NCBI GenBank assembly: GCA_964016885.1
Contig: OZ024746.1
Location: 76,136,001-76,200,000 of the forward strand
Origin: Eledone cirrhosa
Taxonomy: Eukaryota
Direction: 5' to 3'
Length of the DNA: 64,000 nt
Shown: positions 41,401-55,239 of the stretch, piece after piece
Layout: every line of letters begins with the position of its first letter
How positions within the stretch are numbered: the first letter of the stretch is position 1
Notes under the pieces: model-generated
The model's database searches: none
Told to the model about the DNA's origin: nothing
What the model saw: the letters and a program-made list of their open reading frames with translations, nothing else
Translations under genes and position numbers: made by a program

Positions 41401-44400
41401 TAAGCTAGTGTTCAGTACGATATTCTTCAACATATTTGTTATAGTAGAATTGGGGCAGCTTTTGGTGGGTTGGTATCATAAGGGGTAAAGTATCTTCACA
41501 GTGTTGAATTACAACCGAGTTGACTGCTGAATATGTACAATAACAAAGACTACTAAATTCTATCAAATTCTCTAAAAAGTAATTGAAATGCCTAGATAGT
41601 GTATTTCATGGAGCTGCCCCTGGTTCTACGATACAAAATTGTATATCTTAAAATGTTTATATTTATCTAAAAACCTTCCCCCATAATTTTATGAAAGAGC
41701 ATCTGTTAAGTTGTTCCAAACACCAGCTTAATAACGAGAAAGTTATTTTACTTACGTTTTAAATGATTTGAAAATTATAAGCAGTGTATTTCATTAGAAA
41801 TATGGTAATGAAAAAGTTAAAATTATAACGTAAAGTTGTATGCCTATAATGATAGGGTGTATACCTGCACGACAAATTTTACCTATATGCCAATCTTCAA
41901 AGTAAAAATGTTAAATCAATAATATGAGAACCATTGCAATACTGAAGAGCCACAGACAACTAGCAGACTTATCCAAATTAGACTATAATTTCAATGGTGA
42001 AAGCTTGAGGATGACTCATTGGCACTATGCCATTTTTAATTTATGTAACACTGACTAAATTTTCAATAGTTTCTTATTCCATCTAATAATTTATACAATC
42101 CAACTATGACGAGTTAACTGATTATAGATCTCTAAGTAATATCTCAACCATTTTGATACCAAACTGCTACTGGTTCAATGATACTGAGTTTTTTTATTTT
42201 AAATGTTTATATTTATCTCAAAACCTTTCATCATAATTTTATGAAAGGACCTTTAAATTATATTCCAAACAACAACTTTATAATGAGAAAATTAATTATA
42301 TTCCTAAATCTCTTCAAATTCTTCATTATTTTCAAACTTATTTGAAAATCATAGTGTTTTTCATAAAAAATATGGTAATGAAATGTCTAAATGCAGAGGT
42401 TTCCAAAAACAACCTTAAAAATTTAACACATTCTGCTTGGAACAATTATAAAATCATATCTCCAGTGGATTGTGGAGTCATTAGATTGTTAGTTGTTTGT
42501 TCCAGCTCTTTACATCCCATCGAAGTAAGCTTTGCCTTTCATCCGTCCGAGGTTGATAAAATAATGTACCAGTCAATACTAGGGTCAATATATTTGACTT
42601 TCCCTTCTCTCCAAATCTGCTGGCTTTGTGCCAAAACTGGAAACCATTATGTGCAGGTGACAAACTGGCAGAGTCGTCAGAGCAAAAAATAAAATGCCTA
42701 GCAAAACTTATCCTAGATCTCATTTCATCAAGGCCAACTTGGCATATCATTCTCTCATAGTCAATGAAGTAAAGTATCAGTCCAAGGTGATGGATTACAA
42801 GAATTGTTAAGAGTGTTTGATGAGATTTCCTGCAGTATTTGTTCTGGCTCTTCATGTTCTGAGCTCAGATACTGTTGTAACCTGTTTGGGTGGTAAACTT
42901 AATCCTTTACATTGTCTAACACCACTACAACTGGGACCTTGGGTTCCTTTAGTGGGTTTCACTTTTGCAAGCTTTCAGACCAGATCACCAGTTTGAGACC
43001 AACCACCTTAACTAATATTCGTAGATGATCTGATAATCTATTACTTCAACTAACCATTTCACTCCCATCACCTAAAACCATGACAGTAACCAACTGTTTA
43101 ATGTGAATGTCACACAGAAACAATCTCTTAGTTTAAAAACAAATTCCAGTATCCCTTTGTAAATTGGTCAAATTGATTTATTTTTGTTTATTTTTTATTT
43201 CTTTTATAGGCAGTGAATTGACAAAGACATTAGAACATTAGATTAAATGCCTTCGTATTTATTCTGGCTATCTGCACTCGTTCAAATCTTGTCAGTCAGC
43301 TTTGGCTTTCATCTTGTCAGAATCGATAAAGTACAAGTCCAGGAGCTGTGGATTGACAGAACTGTTAAAGAGTCAAATAGGATGCTTTGTAGTATCAGTT
43401 CTGATTCTGTGCATTTTAAATTCATATTCCATTTTCTGCCACTGGAAAAGCAGCAATACTTCTACTTGGAGTTGTGACTGGCAGATAGATTTCAGCATTA
43501 GAAATGCCATTATATACTATTTTCTAGAACTGTTTCAGAACTGAGGATTTTTTCGAAAGTAGTTGCTGATTAACACCAGATCAGGCCTCATTTACCAGAC
43601 TTATGGTCAAGGACATTCCAGTCTTAATTTATATCTAGGACTACATTATCTAATGTGACTCTTTTTAAGATAATAGAGGGTGTGATATGAGGAAATTTGG
43701 CTACCATTTTCTAGCAAGCCTAACAACAATAGACTTTCAAACAATACCACTGAATAATCAGAGAAAAATTAGTTTGATCTCCAATATCCAGAAATTTAGA
43801 TATTACTCTTTCAGCGTTTTAACAACAAACAGTAACATAGTAAAATCATCATCATCATATGCCCATATTCCATGCAGGCATGGGTTGGATGGATTGTCAT
43901 GATCCATGATTAGATTGATCAGAGAACCATATCTTGCTCACGCATTCCATATTTTGACATGAGGAAGACCATGAAAGATTTGAATAAAGGTGGTGGAAGC
44001 CAATCTAAGAAACTGCACCCCAAGAAACATGACAAAGGAAAGAGACAAGTAGAGCAATGGTGTACTGGATAAGCAAGGAAAAATGGATGTCAAAAAGTTT
44101 ATGATGATAATTATGACGATGTGAGAAATAAAAGCAGAAGGACATATTAGAAGCCATTGTATATTCAGTGTGAATCTAAGATAACCAATTTATGTAAGCT
44201 TAAAAAAAAAACTAAGAATCAGCTACAGCATTAGATACTTCCTGTCAGAAAGTAGTTGCATTATGTGTAAAGTGTTTGTGAATAAGAACTGAGCAAGCAT
44301 TTGTTAGTCATTAGTATATAGTTATAAAAAACATTAAAAACAAAGAAACTCAGAACAAGTTCAAGATTACACTAACTGATCATGAGAGAGAGATCCTTTT

Positions 44401-44869
44401 ATGGTGCTTTCAAATAAGCAACTATGGAAGAAAGAAAAAATATTTCAATTTACAAGAAAAATGAGTTCTTTTTTTTTTTTTTACTGGTTTCAGTGTTTTA
44501 CTGTGATCTTGCCCGAGATATTTCTTTCATGGGTTTAGTCCAGTAGCTGCTAGACCAGGGTCTGCAGACACCTGGGAGGGGTGAAAGGATCAATGAATTA
44601 AGTTTGAAATTTCAGGTATTCATTCTTCTCTAAGTAAAACACATTTCTCTTTTGGTTGTTATTTTCAACATATAACAATCTGGGAGGGGAGTAATTGTAG
44701 TGGTAGAGGATGGTATGGGTGGAATTCATTTAAATAAAAGAAGTCCTCAGCAGTGGAAATGCTGGGAATAGTAATTTAGACAATCACGATGACTCCAGTA
44801 CTTTTATAAGGAATACGTACAAGGCTGATGTCTCACTAGGGATATATATAGCACAAATTAGGTTTTCCT

Positions 44870-45197
44870 TATACAAAAGAATGAACTATAGATAATGAAG
44901 GATATGGTCCGAACGTGGAAGAGCTGAACTCCCACTATCATCGCCTCCATCTCTCTCGGCCTCCCCATCTGTCTGTATGGTGAGCAAATGGGGTTCCACA
45001 TGCTGGCCTCCCCACAGCCCCAGTGGACAGAATGGAGATGGTAAGTGAGATACGCTGGAAGAGTCATTCCAACTCGCGAGGCTCACACCTGCACGGCTGG
45101 CCAGCTCAGCGCTTATGGTGGTGAGTAGGGAGGTAGCCCTAGAGCCAAGGACACCACAAGTCTCTACTGCCAAGGGCACGACCACAAACCTGTCCAA
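44870..45197 (-). mobile_element. CRE retrotransposon 3' fragment
   Basis: DRFVVVPLAVETCGVLGSRATSLLTTISAELASR is nearly identical to the 547-1089 ORF segment. Confidence 0.85.
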
Positions 45198-47556
45198 TCA
45201 ATTTGTTGAAGTACTATGTTATGGGACTTAAAGGGATAATATAAACCCTAGGTTTTTGACTGGTATAAATAGAGACATGAACGAACACATACACACAAAA
45301 CACATAAAACTGGTTTTATCATTTTTAAAAAAGTTTTTGTACGAGTCCCTTGCTGTTCATTTGGATCAATAAACTTCCTAAATCCATCATCGTTTCTAGA
45401 ATTTCACATTCTCATCTTCAGGTTGTGAAGTATTGTTGGCTTTGTAATAAGAAAGTTGTTAAAAATAATATGCCTAACAGAAAAGTTGTTCCCATGTGTT
45501 TGTGTGTATGTGTACTCACATTATAGCTTCCTTTGATCAAATTCTTTTCACAAAGTATTGGTCTGCTAAAGGTAATAACAGAAAACAATTTACTCAAGGA
45601 ACTATGGAGTAGAATCAAACTCTAAACCATTTGGTTGCAAAACAAACTTGTTAACCATACAAACATAACTGCCCCTTTGTCCACATTTGTTCTTGTGTTT
45701 TTATTACTTACTTCCAGCCAGAAGGAAACTTTTTAAAAAGGCAATTTTATTTGCAGACTTCAATCCCAGTTAAAATAAATTTACAGTTCACACCCATGTA
45801 AGTTTAGCTGGCCTCATATGAGGTTGCAATTCTTCAGGTGTTTTAATGATGGAAACCCTGTCCTATCATGAAAAACAATATGAAATGAAGTGTTTTGCTC
45901 AAGAATACAAAGTACCATTTAGTCCATACTCTTATGACCATGACTCCAACAACACCCTAACCACTAGGCCATGTGATTTCATGTTTAAGTTAAAATAAGA
46001 TCTTATTGACATTTTAAGTGATCAAATGATGAATGATCTGAATGTTTGACATCCTATTTACCCCAGAAACACATTTAACTGTTTTTTTCTCCTTCGAATA
46101 AAACATAAATCTAGTCATCCAAAATAAACAATTTAGACAGAGTTAACTTTTAATATCCAGTAACAATTTAGTAGAAAATGCCCCAAAATAGGTTTGATAA
46201 TCAAATTTGTAGTATTAGATTAAAGGCCTAACAATTTAATCCTAATGACATACATAGTATTTCAACAAATTAAACATTTGGAGGAATTTACTAAAATTTC
46301 ATTATTAGGGTGGTACCTGAAACATGAAAAATGGTTAATAAATAAAATAATGTTGGAAGGTTTCAATATAAATAGGAACCCTTTAAAATAGATAGCCTTA
46401 TTTCATATGACCAGAACCAGTGTTTGCCAGGTTAGTTAATATGACAGTCAATTATGCTAAAGGATGTTACATATGCATGGTTGTGAATTTAAGTACATTA
46501 ATACATTGAGATTAAAGGATTATATATTTGAAGTGTATAATATTGACAAGCAAAATTCAAGTTAGCAGTTTGCTAGTGTTAATTTATGCCTCAGAGCAAA
46601 AATAGTGCAAGTTATGCACATGGTTGTGAAACTATAAGAACCATTAACCCTTCAGATACCAAACTGCCTGAAACCAGCCATGGTTCCACAAAAAGCTGCT
46701 TTGAATTTTTTTTTAGATAAATCTAAACATTAAAACATCATTATTTCATGTAACTAAATTGTGCTACAAACACCAGCTTAAATAATGAGTTTAACAAACG
46801 TTTTCAGGTCATTTTCCCTGCTAAAGCAGGGGTTAGCATTACAGGCCCTATAATGGATTTCAAATTCATCATAGGGTCCTTTCTAAGGCAATGTTTTATA
46901 GCCAGATGCCCTTCCTGATATTAACCATTATTGTCGCCTCTAATGGCATGCAGGAATATGGTATACCTATTCCAAACTGACTAGACAGCAAATTTAATAA
47001 TGTGTAAATTAGTTATATTACTAAGTCCCCCCAAGTTCTTTATTTTCAAAATAATTTGAAAAACATAAGCAGAGCATTTTATTGGAAATATGGTAAGAAG
47101 GTTAAAGCATATAAGATATATTCTGAGTTGCTTACAAAAGAAATTTCAAGAATTATAAGAGAACATATATAACAATACATATCCACACACACAAAACAAA
47201 TTAAAACTCAAGAACTTTAAAAACGAGAAGCTTGGTTTCAAAATACGTTTTACATCCTAACTCTATGTGAGAAAAAAAACACAGGAGACTGTCTTTATGT
47301 AGGTAATTTGATCTGGAAGATATGTATTTCAAAATTACGCCGCCGCTTTAATTCTCCTTCCACCAAACAGGCAGACATGTCACAGAAAGTCTACTGAAAG
47401 GAACCAAAAAGGAAAGAAAACATCAACAGCATCAAAAACACCGAAAATATGACTGCTGAATAGATTGGCGGCATACTCCCGCCTCTCCCTCTCCCCCTAC
47501 AACGAGATGGTTGAGCAAGAATTATGTCAGTCACATGTATGTAGTATGCTAATGTG

Positions 47557-47720
47557 CAGTGCCGGATTAACCTAGTAGCAAGAGTAGTATTTGCTACGGG
47601 ACCCACATGTTCAGGGTCCCCGCATTAAGTGTTTTACACTATAGTACTAACTTTCATGTAAAACTTTTTTTTTTTTAATTTAGAGCCCCTTTGTCGTCGC
47701 ATTAAACTAATCCGGAACAG
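47557..47720. mobile_element. Short hAT-like MITE
   Basis: Imperfect TIRs CAGTGCCGGATTA / TAATCCGGAACAG. No clean TSD. Confidence 0.5.
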
Positions 47721-49737
47721 ATATGTTCAAAGATAAATATGGAAAAACAACAACCACTAGATAATACACATGAATGGATACACTAATGAGGTTCTTCAAG
47801 AAAAAAAGAAAAAACGAAAAACGTAAAGTCATCTTGAACTGAAGAAAAGAAATATATCTCAGCATAACAAAGCCTGGAGAAATCCCATAAACCTATGTTG
47901 AAGTGAAAGTAAAAATCAGCCGATCTGATGTATCGCATGTTTGATTAACCCTTGCATTACAATATTCCTAATAAAAGACACTGCCTGTTACTGTCAAATC
48001 ATTCAGAATTATAACTTATCAGAATATTAAGTTGATGTTTAGAGTGTAGCTTTACAATTCTTACATAACATTATGATGGGAAGGTTTTAGATGAAGATAC
48101 ATACTTTAACCATTTCCTTACCATATTTCTAATGCTTATGATTTTCAAATAATTTTGAAAATTATCAAAAATTTAGAAGGATTTAGTAATATAATGGACA
48201 AACTCTTTAAGATGGCGTTTCTTACATGACATTAAGATGGAAGGTTCTTAGAAAATATAAACATTAAAATTAACAGTTTTCTGTATCATAAAACCTGAGG
48301 CGGTTTCAAAGGTTTTGGTATTAATTGTAATAAAGTGAATGAAAAGAAAAAGAGAAAACAAGCGAAAATATGTAGACAATTGCTATGGGAGCGAAGTTAA
48401 CTACAAGCACGGGTGAGCCCACGAGCTGGAGTGGCTGTTCCAGTACGTCTCCCTCGCCATCCCCCAGGGCAACGTATTCTGTTCCCTAGGGCCACAAATC
48501 AGTTGGGCTCAAACATTTTGTTCTTCGTTTACATCATTTGTATATAAAAAAAAAAAAACGTTTTAAACATTAAAAAAATTAACTTGATATAAAACTCATA
48601 AATATAATACATTCGGCCCATTTTTACACGTTGGGTGCGACTGTCATTTTCATCGGATTTTACTGTCACTCCGTTACATGATTTTACCAAAAACCTAATC
48701 AAGTCTTTGTTACAAGAAATCAGGATAGTAGCCATAGAAGCAGCAGCAATAATAAATCCGTGAGGGACCCTGATAGATAAATAAAGGATATTTTCTCAAA
48801 ATGAATGATAATAACACAAGAACTTGACGTCGTCACGGTGGTTGAATTATATTCCTCCTCTAGTTTTGATTTCGATCGAATTTAAGAGTACATTGTTTAT
48901 TAATGTCATGTCATAACGACCTAGACTCAAAATATGAGACCGATGAGAGGTGTAGGAAGATGGGAGGGTAGTCGGACATGTGATGCGTGAGGGTGGAAGT
49001 GGAAGTGGAATAATATGACATTACAAATGTAGCTGAGAGCTTCTATCCTTCATAAGCTGGGGAAATACGACTAAGCAAGGAAAAGAGCTATTTTCCCTCC
49101 TGATCGTTAAACCTCTAAACTAACCAATATAAAGCTCGATCATTCTGACCTAATGAGTGGAGAGGGGGAGAGGGACTGAAAATATGCCAAGGTTAGTGTG
49201 ACAAAAAGAATTACGTGAAAAAGGAGGAATAGTATGAAACTGGCAATTCCGATCATAAGTCAGTCTGTTAATGAAATTAATCTGCAAGTGGCTGAGCATG
49301 CAATAGACATGTTTATCCTTAACGTAATTCTTAGTAAGATCCAGCATAACACAATGTGTGAAAAAGTTGGCCCTCTGAATTACAGATACACACTATCCGA
49401 TCCGACTGGCTTCCAAACAGTTTCTGGCTACACAACTTCACTCGCACGGAAGCAGTAGGATTGAACCCGGAACCTAGTGATTTCGTAACGAACTCTTTTA
49501 ACCATTCAGCCATGCTGCGCCCACAATAAGAGACTGGTAGGGAGAGGAAGGGAGAAGTGACTGGACATGTGATACGCTGGGGGGGAGGAGGTGAAGAGAA
49601 GAAGATGAAAAGAGAAAAATTATTAAAGACACATACAAGAGAATTTTTAATTGTAATTTCGGGAGACTTAATAGTCAAGACAGGTTGCCGGTAGTTTTAT
49701 TTAGATACTTTATTTCAATTAATTTATGGTTTGTAGT

Positions 49738-50050
49738 GAAGGCGCGTGACTTAATGGTTGGGTGTGTTCGGCTAACGATCGTAATTTGAGTTCGATTCCC
49801 AGCGAAATGCTGTGTCCTGGAGCAAGACATTATTTCACGTTGCTCCAGTCCACTCAATTAGCGAAAATAAGTTGCATCTGTAATTCAAAGGGCCCGTCTA
49901 GTCACAAAGTGCCATGCCGAATCTCCCTGAGAACCACGTCTTGTATGCACGTAATTATGGAATGCACAGCCACTTGCACGTTAAATACAAGCCGTTCCGA
50001 TGAACTTAACTGGAATACTTGTCAATCCCGATGGAGTTCCAACAACATAT
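49738..50050 (+). mobile_element. tRNA-derived SINE (second body type)
   Basis: A-box-like TGACTTAATGG, B box GAGTTCGATTC, shared core GAGCAAGACATTATTTCACGTTGCTCCAGTCCACTCA. Similar to ~25425-25730. Confidence 0.8.
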
Positions 50051-50450
50051 GATTTGTAAAGAGGACAAATTAATAGAAACTAATCAGAGAAAAAAAGGTA
50101 ATAAAAACAAAAACAAAGCAACAACAAGGAATGTTGGCGTTTCCCTCTAAACACTTCTGAAGCAAGCCTTAACTGTATTGATGGTAGCGTGACCACAGCC
50201 CTGGAATAGCCAAGCACCCCCACGAGCGTCACCTGATGATACAGTAAGGCGAGCCGCCAATGACAAAAACCTCGTTGTCAGCAGCTCTGCTCTGGAAACG
50301 TCTCGAATGTCACAGGCTAAAAAAAGTTGTTCGGTCTTGATTGATCAAAGGCATTCTAGATATGACCATCTCGTATTCTATTTAGATAGTGTTGTATCTA
50401 GGACTAGATTGTTCAGTATAATACCCCAACCTTTTTTAAAGGCGGCGGAA

Positions 50451-50492
<42 letters not shown>

Positions 50493-50623
50493 GCAAAAGT
50501 TTTATTTAAAATTGTTGGGTTACAACAAGTAAATATTTTATAACTGATATAAAGCACTCGACAAGTTTTTGGAGTAGATATACGATATTAAGCAAATGGA
50601 AACTATATTTATAAAACCATATT

Positions 50624-50689
50624 TATTTCATTATACATATTTCGGGGATACCATATTAAAAATATGGCATGCCTTCGTCAGATAAAATA
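50624..50689 (-). ncRNA. Type I hammerhead ribozyme motif (fascin sense strand, intron 1)
   Basis: uauuuuau CUGACGA agg-c-augccauauu(uuu)aauaugguau-c-ccc GAA aua-ug-uau A | augaaaua. 8-bp stem I, long stem II, palindromic mini stem III. Confidence 0.75.
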
Positions 50690-50846
50690 CAATATATAAA
50701 CAGTTTTATAAATAATTTTGACGTACCATAAATATGAGCGACCATTATGTAGGAAGCTAGTTCCAAACCAGCTTCCTACATAATGGTCTCTCATATTTAT
50801 GGTACGTCAAAATTATTTATAAAACTGTTTATATATTGTATTTTAT
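50682..50846. repeat. ~80-bp-arm fold-back inverted repeat adjoining the HHR; whole unit (50490-50846) flanked by (TA)n
   Basis: ATAAAATACAATATATAAACAGTTTTATAAATAATTTTGACGTACC..GGAAGCT pairs with AGCTTCC..GGTACGTCAAAATTATTTATAAAACTGTTTATATATTGTATTTTAT. Confidence 0.92.
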
Positions 50847-53800
50847 ATATATATATGGCTGATGTTTCTTTCTAGGAAGACGGGTGATCACGTACACAGC
50901 TTTCCTATTTGGCTCTCTTATACAGGTTGTCTTGCGCCAGGTCATCTTTGATTAAGCTAAACGATTATAAAAAGCGTTCCAGTTGTGACCACTGTCGTTT
51001 TGGTATATTTGCGGTTACATGGCCCAATGTGTCCTTTTTTTAAAGACAGGTGTGATTTGAAGATTTAGCTGCTATTTCCAGCAAATCGAGCGACCACGTA
51101 AAGACTTCCCCTCTTGCTGGTTACAAACCGGTTTTATCGCGAAAGGCTACTACGAGAACAATTTGGTTTGCCATGAAATTAGTAAGGTAGGACATGACTA
51201 ATGAAAGAAAATACAAAAATTTATCTTGGTGATTGCTGTTCGTCGAACATGTCTATGATCAAAGACGTTCCAACCTCGACCCATCCGTCTTTTTTTTTCG
51301 GATTCGCCCTTAGATGTGATTCATTTATTATTTTCAATTGGTTGAACGACAAAGTTGAGAGGATGTCTTTATTGGTTCGTTTAGTATAGATAGCTGGTGT
51401 TGTTTAGCCAGAAGTCGGCTCTAAATAGGGAGACCTGCGATACAAAGCGTTCCAGTCATAACCTACCCGCTTGTCTTTTGTTTCAGACAATGTATGTGGG
51501 GGCAACACTGTCCAATGTCCTTCCCTTTTTGTGTGATAGGGAATGTATGATGTGAGAAATTTGGTTGTTATTCCTAGCAGGTCGAGTTATCATTAGAGGC
51601 TGGCTATTTGCTTTACTCATTCAGCTCGTTCTTTCTAGCTTATTTGTGAACAAAACGCGGAAGATTATAGAATCGAACGAGTGTTTGTAGGTAGACTTAA
51701 CTAGATTCATAAAGCAACGAGCAACAGAAATTCAATTCGTGGCATTCATGCCCTTTTTGCAGCATAGATGGGGATTGAAACTAGGTTGTGACTTGATGAC
51801 TTGGTATCTTACGAATTAAGAAACAGAGTTTCTGATAACAGAAAACTATAGGCTTAGTGACGAAGAAAGAATAGCAGCATTCTTATCCTGCAATTACATC
51901 ATATGAATGGGAACGTGCATATTTGTCTACGATCTTTATTTCATTAACCAAGATAGATGTATTTAACCTTAATATCTTCCAGCTAATATAACTACTTAAA
52001 AAATTAAATAAGTTCTGTTTGCTATATTCGTTAATTAACAAGCTGAAAGGGGCATTTTCAGCTTTCAATAAAACAAAAGAACTCGAAACAAGAATAGATC
52101 TATTGATCGATTTATTATTCAGAATTTGGTTCAGAGAAATATATTTTGTTTATTTCAGCAATTACTCCGCGTAGTTGGTCTGAATGGTTTATTTTGTAAT
52201 AGCATTTATTATTAAGTATCAATCGGCCCTTGTGGCCAATAAATGAAACTATTATTAAGTATCAATTTTCAACGCTTGTGGTTAATAAAGAAAGCATTAT
52301 TAATTATCAATGTATTTCGTTGTAGATGTACAAGATACTATGGTTGAGAAAATATAGCATTTACTCTAAAACATGAATAAATAAAGAATGCCGGTAAAGT
52401 AGAATTTACTTCCTATTAGAGAGAAAATCTTAGATTTGTTATTGAATTGGGCAATAAAATAGTATTCATGCTTTTGTCAATGGATTTAACGATTCAATAT
52501 TAATATTTACTGCAAGCACAAATTTTGAGGTAGGAATGTTGTTTATATGAACATCTGTCAATGGTCAGCAACCCTAACCCTGGGGCGAGGATAGGGATAT
52601 ATTGACAGTGAAGTAAAGGGGGTATATTGATAATGAGGTAGAGAGAGGAAGATAGATAGATAGGATATATATATACTCTCCAGAGCGTGAAATTAATAAA
52701 CATTCGTTGTACTGCCTCTCTATTTTGTTCCTGTTCAAATTTTTCCATTATATATATATATATATATATATATAAGAGAGAGAGAGAGAGCGAGAGGATA
52801 TAGATAAAAAAAAGAGAGGGAGTGAGATATACAGGGGATAGAGGAAGCCGGGCGGGGCATCGTTTTAAACCAAGGGGTGTAAAAAGAGGAGCACACTTCA
52901 CCCCCTCCCACCGATATGTGAGGATTTAAGCACGTACACATATACACACACGCAGCGTAGATAAATAGTTTAACATATTGACAAGTTAAAATAGTTAATA
53001 AAGAAATAGTAACAATGACACGAGTTGGAGAACTACCATCTTTTTTCAAGGCTCACCCGAAAGAACCATCGCGTTTTCGGTTCTCAACTAAAGGAGACAC
53101 GAGGTTTAGTGCGTGTGTGATTGTAGAGGAAGGAGCTACGCGAAGAACAATCAAATGACGGTAACGACGAAACAGCTCCCTAAATTCATCACTTGATTGA
53201 GAAAGAGAGAGAGCGAGATAGGAAGAGAGTGAAGAATAAAGAAAGTACAGAGAGAGAAAGAATAGGGGGGAGGCAAGAGAAAGAAAAAAAGTAAAAAAGA
53301 TTACAAGCTGAGAGAAGCAGTCGTAGAAATTGTGTAGTAGTAAATTGCAAGGTCTAGGGCAGCCAACATATATATGATGATGATGATAGCAACTGACAAC
53401 GGTCTAACATAACCTCTGCCGCTACCACAGCAGTCTCAGCCCTCCCTCATTCACACACAGGTTTTACGGATAAAACAGTCATGCTGAATCATAGTGACTT
53501 AAAACAAAAAATAATGAACATTACAAAAAATAAATAACAATTGAAAATAAAAACTATATGAGGAAGCATTAATATTTTAAATGTGTTATTTCCTTAAAAT
53601 AAAATAGTAAAGGTAAAAATTGACGCTAAAAAATAATTAAACAATCAGCTTCTCCTACTACAACACGCTACATAAAATATAACATTATCGAGAAAATTGT
53701 ATCAATAAAATTAGCCGGTAGATAGAATTCTGGACAAAGAATCGCTGAGATGTAAACCCTAAAAGATGTTAAGGTTCAAGAACGTCGACAGTTTTTAGAT

Positions 53801-54191
53801 TTCTCTGCGATAATAACATTGTTCTGGTTTATTTAATTAAAAAGAAAATGCGAGCCATTTCATAATTAATAAAACTAAAAATGCTGTTAGAATGACAACC
53901 AGCTTGCTTTGATTAATGTTACATGAGTGAAATTTAGAGAACATTTTTGTCGAAATAGTGAGGTTGGAAACCCCAACTATATGGGAGAAAAGATGGTAAG
54001 ATGATAATGGAAGCGAACAAACAATAATTATTGTATGAATGAGCTAATGCACCCTGGATAAAAATAACCACATCTAATAATTTCCTATTAATTTCTACTT
54101 CAATTCATTCATAGGTAAAAAGAAACTAGACAGCTATTTGATGAAATTTTGTGTGAATATTTGGTAGGATTGGGGAAAATTGCGGACTTAC

Positions 54192-55035
54192 CTTGTTTGA
54201 TTGATACCATTTTGTTAGTATGGGAAGTAAAGGTGACTTGTGGATGACTGTCTTCAATTGTAAATAGCTCATCTTTTGTGATGGTTTTGTTACGTGCCTT
54301 CATTATGGCAGTGTGCCCGACAGCGGTTAAATAGTGACCCTCAACATCTTTCAGGGCTAGACCAGAATTTTGACCCGACTTGAGTTCAACTGTAAATAAA
54401 GTATCTTCAGACAACTCGTTGACCAGATAGCCATCACGGTGTAAATACCGATTATCACAAGTGACCAATGCATATTTTCCTTCGGTAAATTTCAAAATGA
54501 TCAAACAATCTTGGCCCCATGGAATCACCTCAGTAAATTGAATTTCGCCCTCCTCGGCTGCTAGACGAGCATAAACTTTTCTATTTACGTTTTTAAGGTT
54601 AACTTGTGGATGGATTGCCAATTGTAAGGTCCACCAGTCTGTGGCAGAGGGTTGCTTGGCACGTCCAACAACATTATTATCAATTCCTCCTACATAAAAA
54701 CCGTGTGCCACGTTTCGAATTGCCCACTGACCCCTCTCGTTATATTCAATAGCAAACTTTTCCGAATGACCCGGCTCTTCGCTGTCTCCGGTAATATTTC
54801 CATATTTATCTGCAGCCAGGTATCGGCCCAAATGGCTTCGAATGTAGACTACCTCCTCTTTCGAATCTTGTTCCAAAGTCCATCCCTGTCTTTTCTTTAA
54901 ACCTGTTCCAGAAGCATTTATCTTAAAACCGAATGTTTCAGCTGTTAAGTATTTTTGCTCGGAATTAATTAATCCAACTTTCCACTGAAGACCCGACACG
55001 ATATTCCTGTGTCCATTTAATCCGTTTTCTGACAT
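54192..55035 (-). CDS. FSCN1: Fascin (singed-like actin-bundling protein) exon 1, 844 nt coding
   Basis: GLINSEQKYLTAETFGFKINAS..LKKRQGWTLE..IRSHLGRYLAADKYG..LAIHPQVNL..PWGQD..GLALKD..YL..KDELFTIEDSHPQV covers beta-trefoils 1-2. Donor AAACAAG|gtaagt. The ORF-track tail after KQG is intron read-through. The symbol denotes the family, not strict one-to-one orthology. Confidence 0.97.
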
Positions 55036-55239
55036 AGTGGAAACCTTGATTAATTTTAGTTGGTTTTGACAGTCGAAAAAAATCCCAGTTGTAATGCGGC
55101 TTTGCTAGAGTGCTACACTGTGTCTCTCCTCGGTTGCTCTAGCAGGAGATAGAAGGTGCTCACAACTAAAAAGACAAAGGGAGGGAAGGAAAGAGGAGGA
55201 GAGGTGAGACCGGTTAGAGAGACGAAGTAAATTTGACGA

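Noticed and set aside
54109-54191. C-terminal extension of the 308-aa ORF
   Set aside because: Follows a perfect GTAAGT donor; fascin homology resumes at exon 2.
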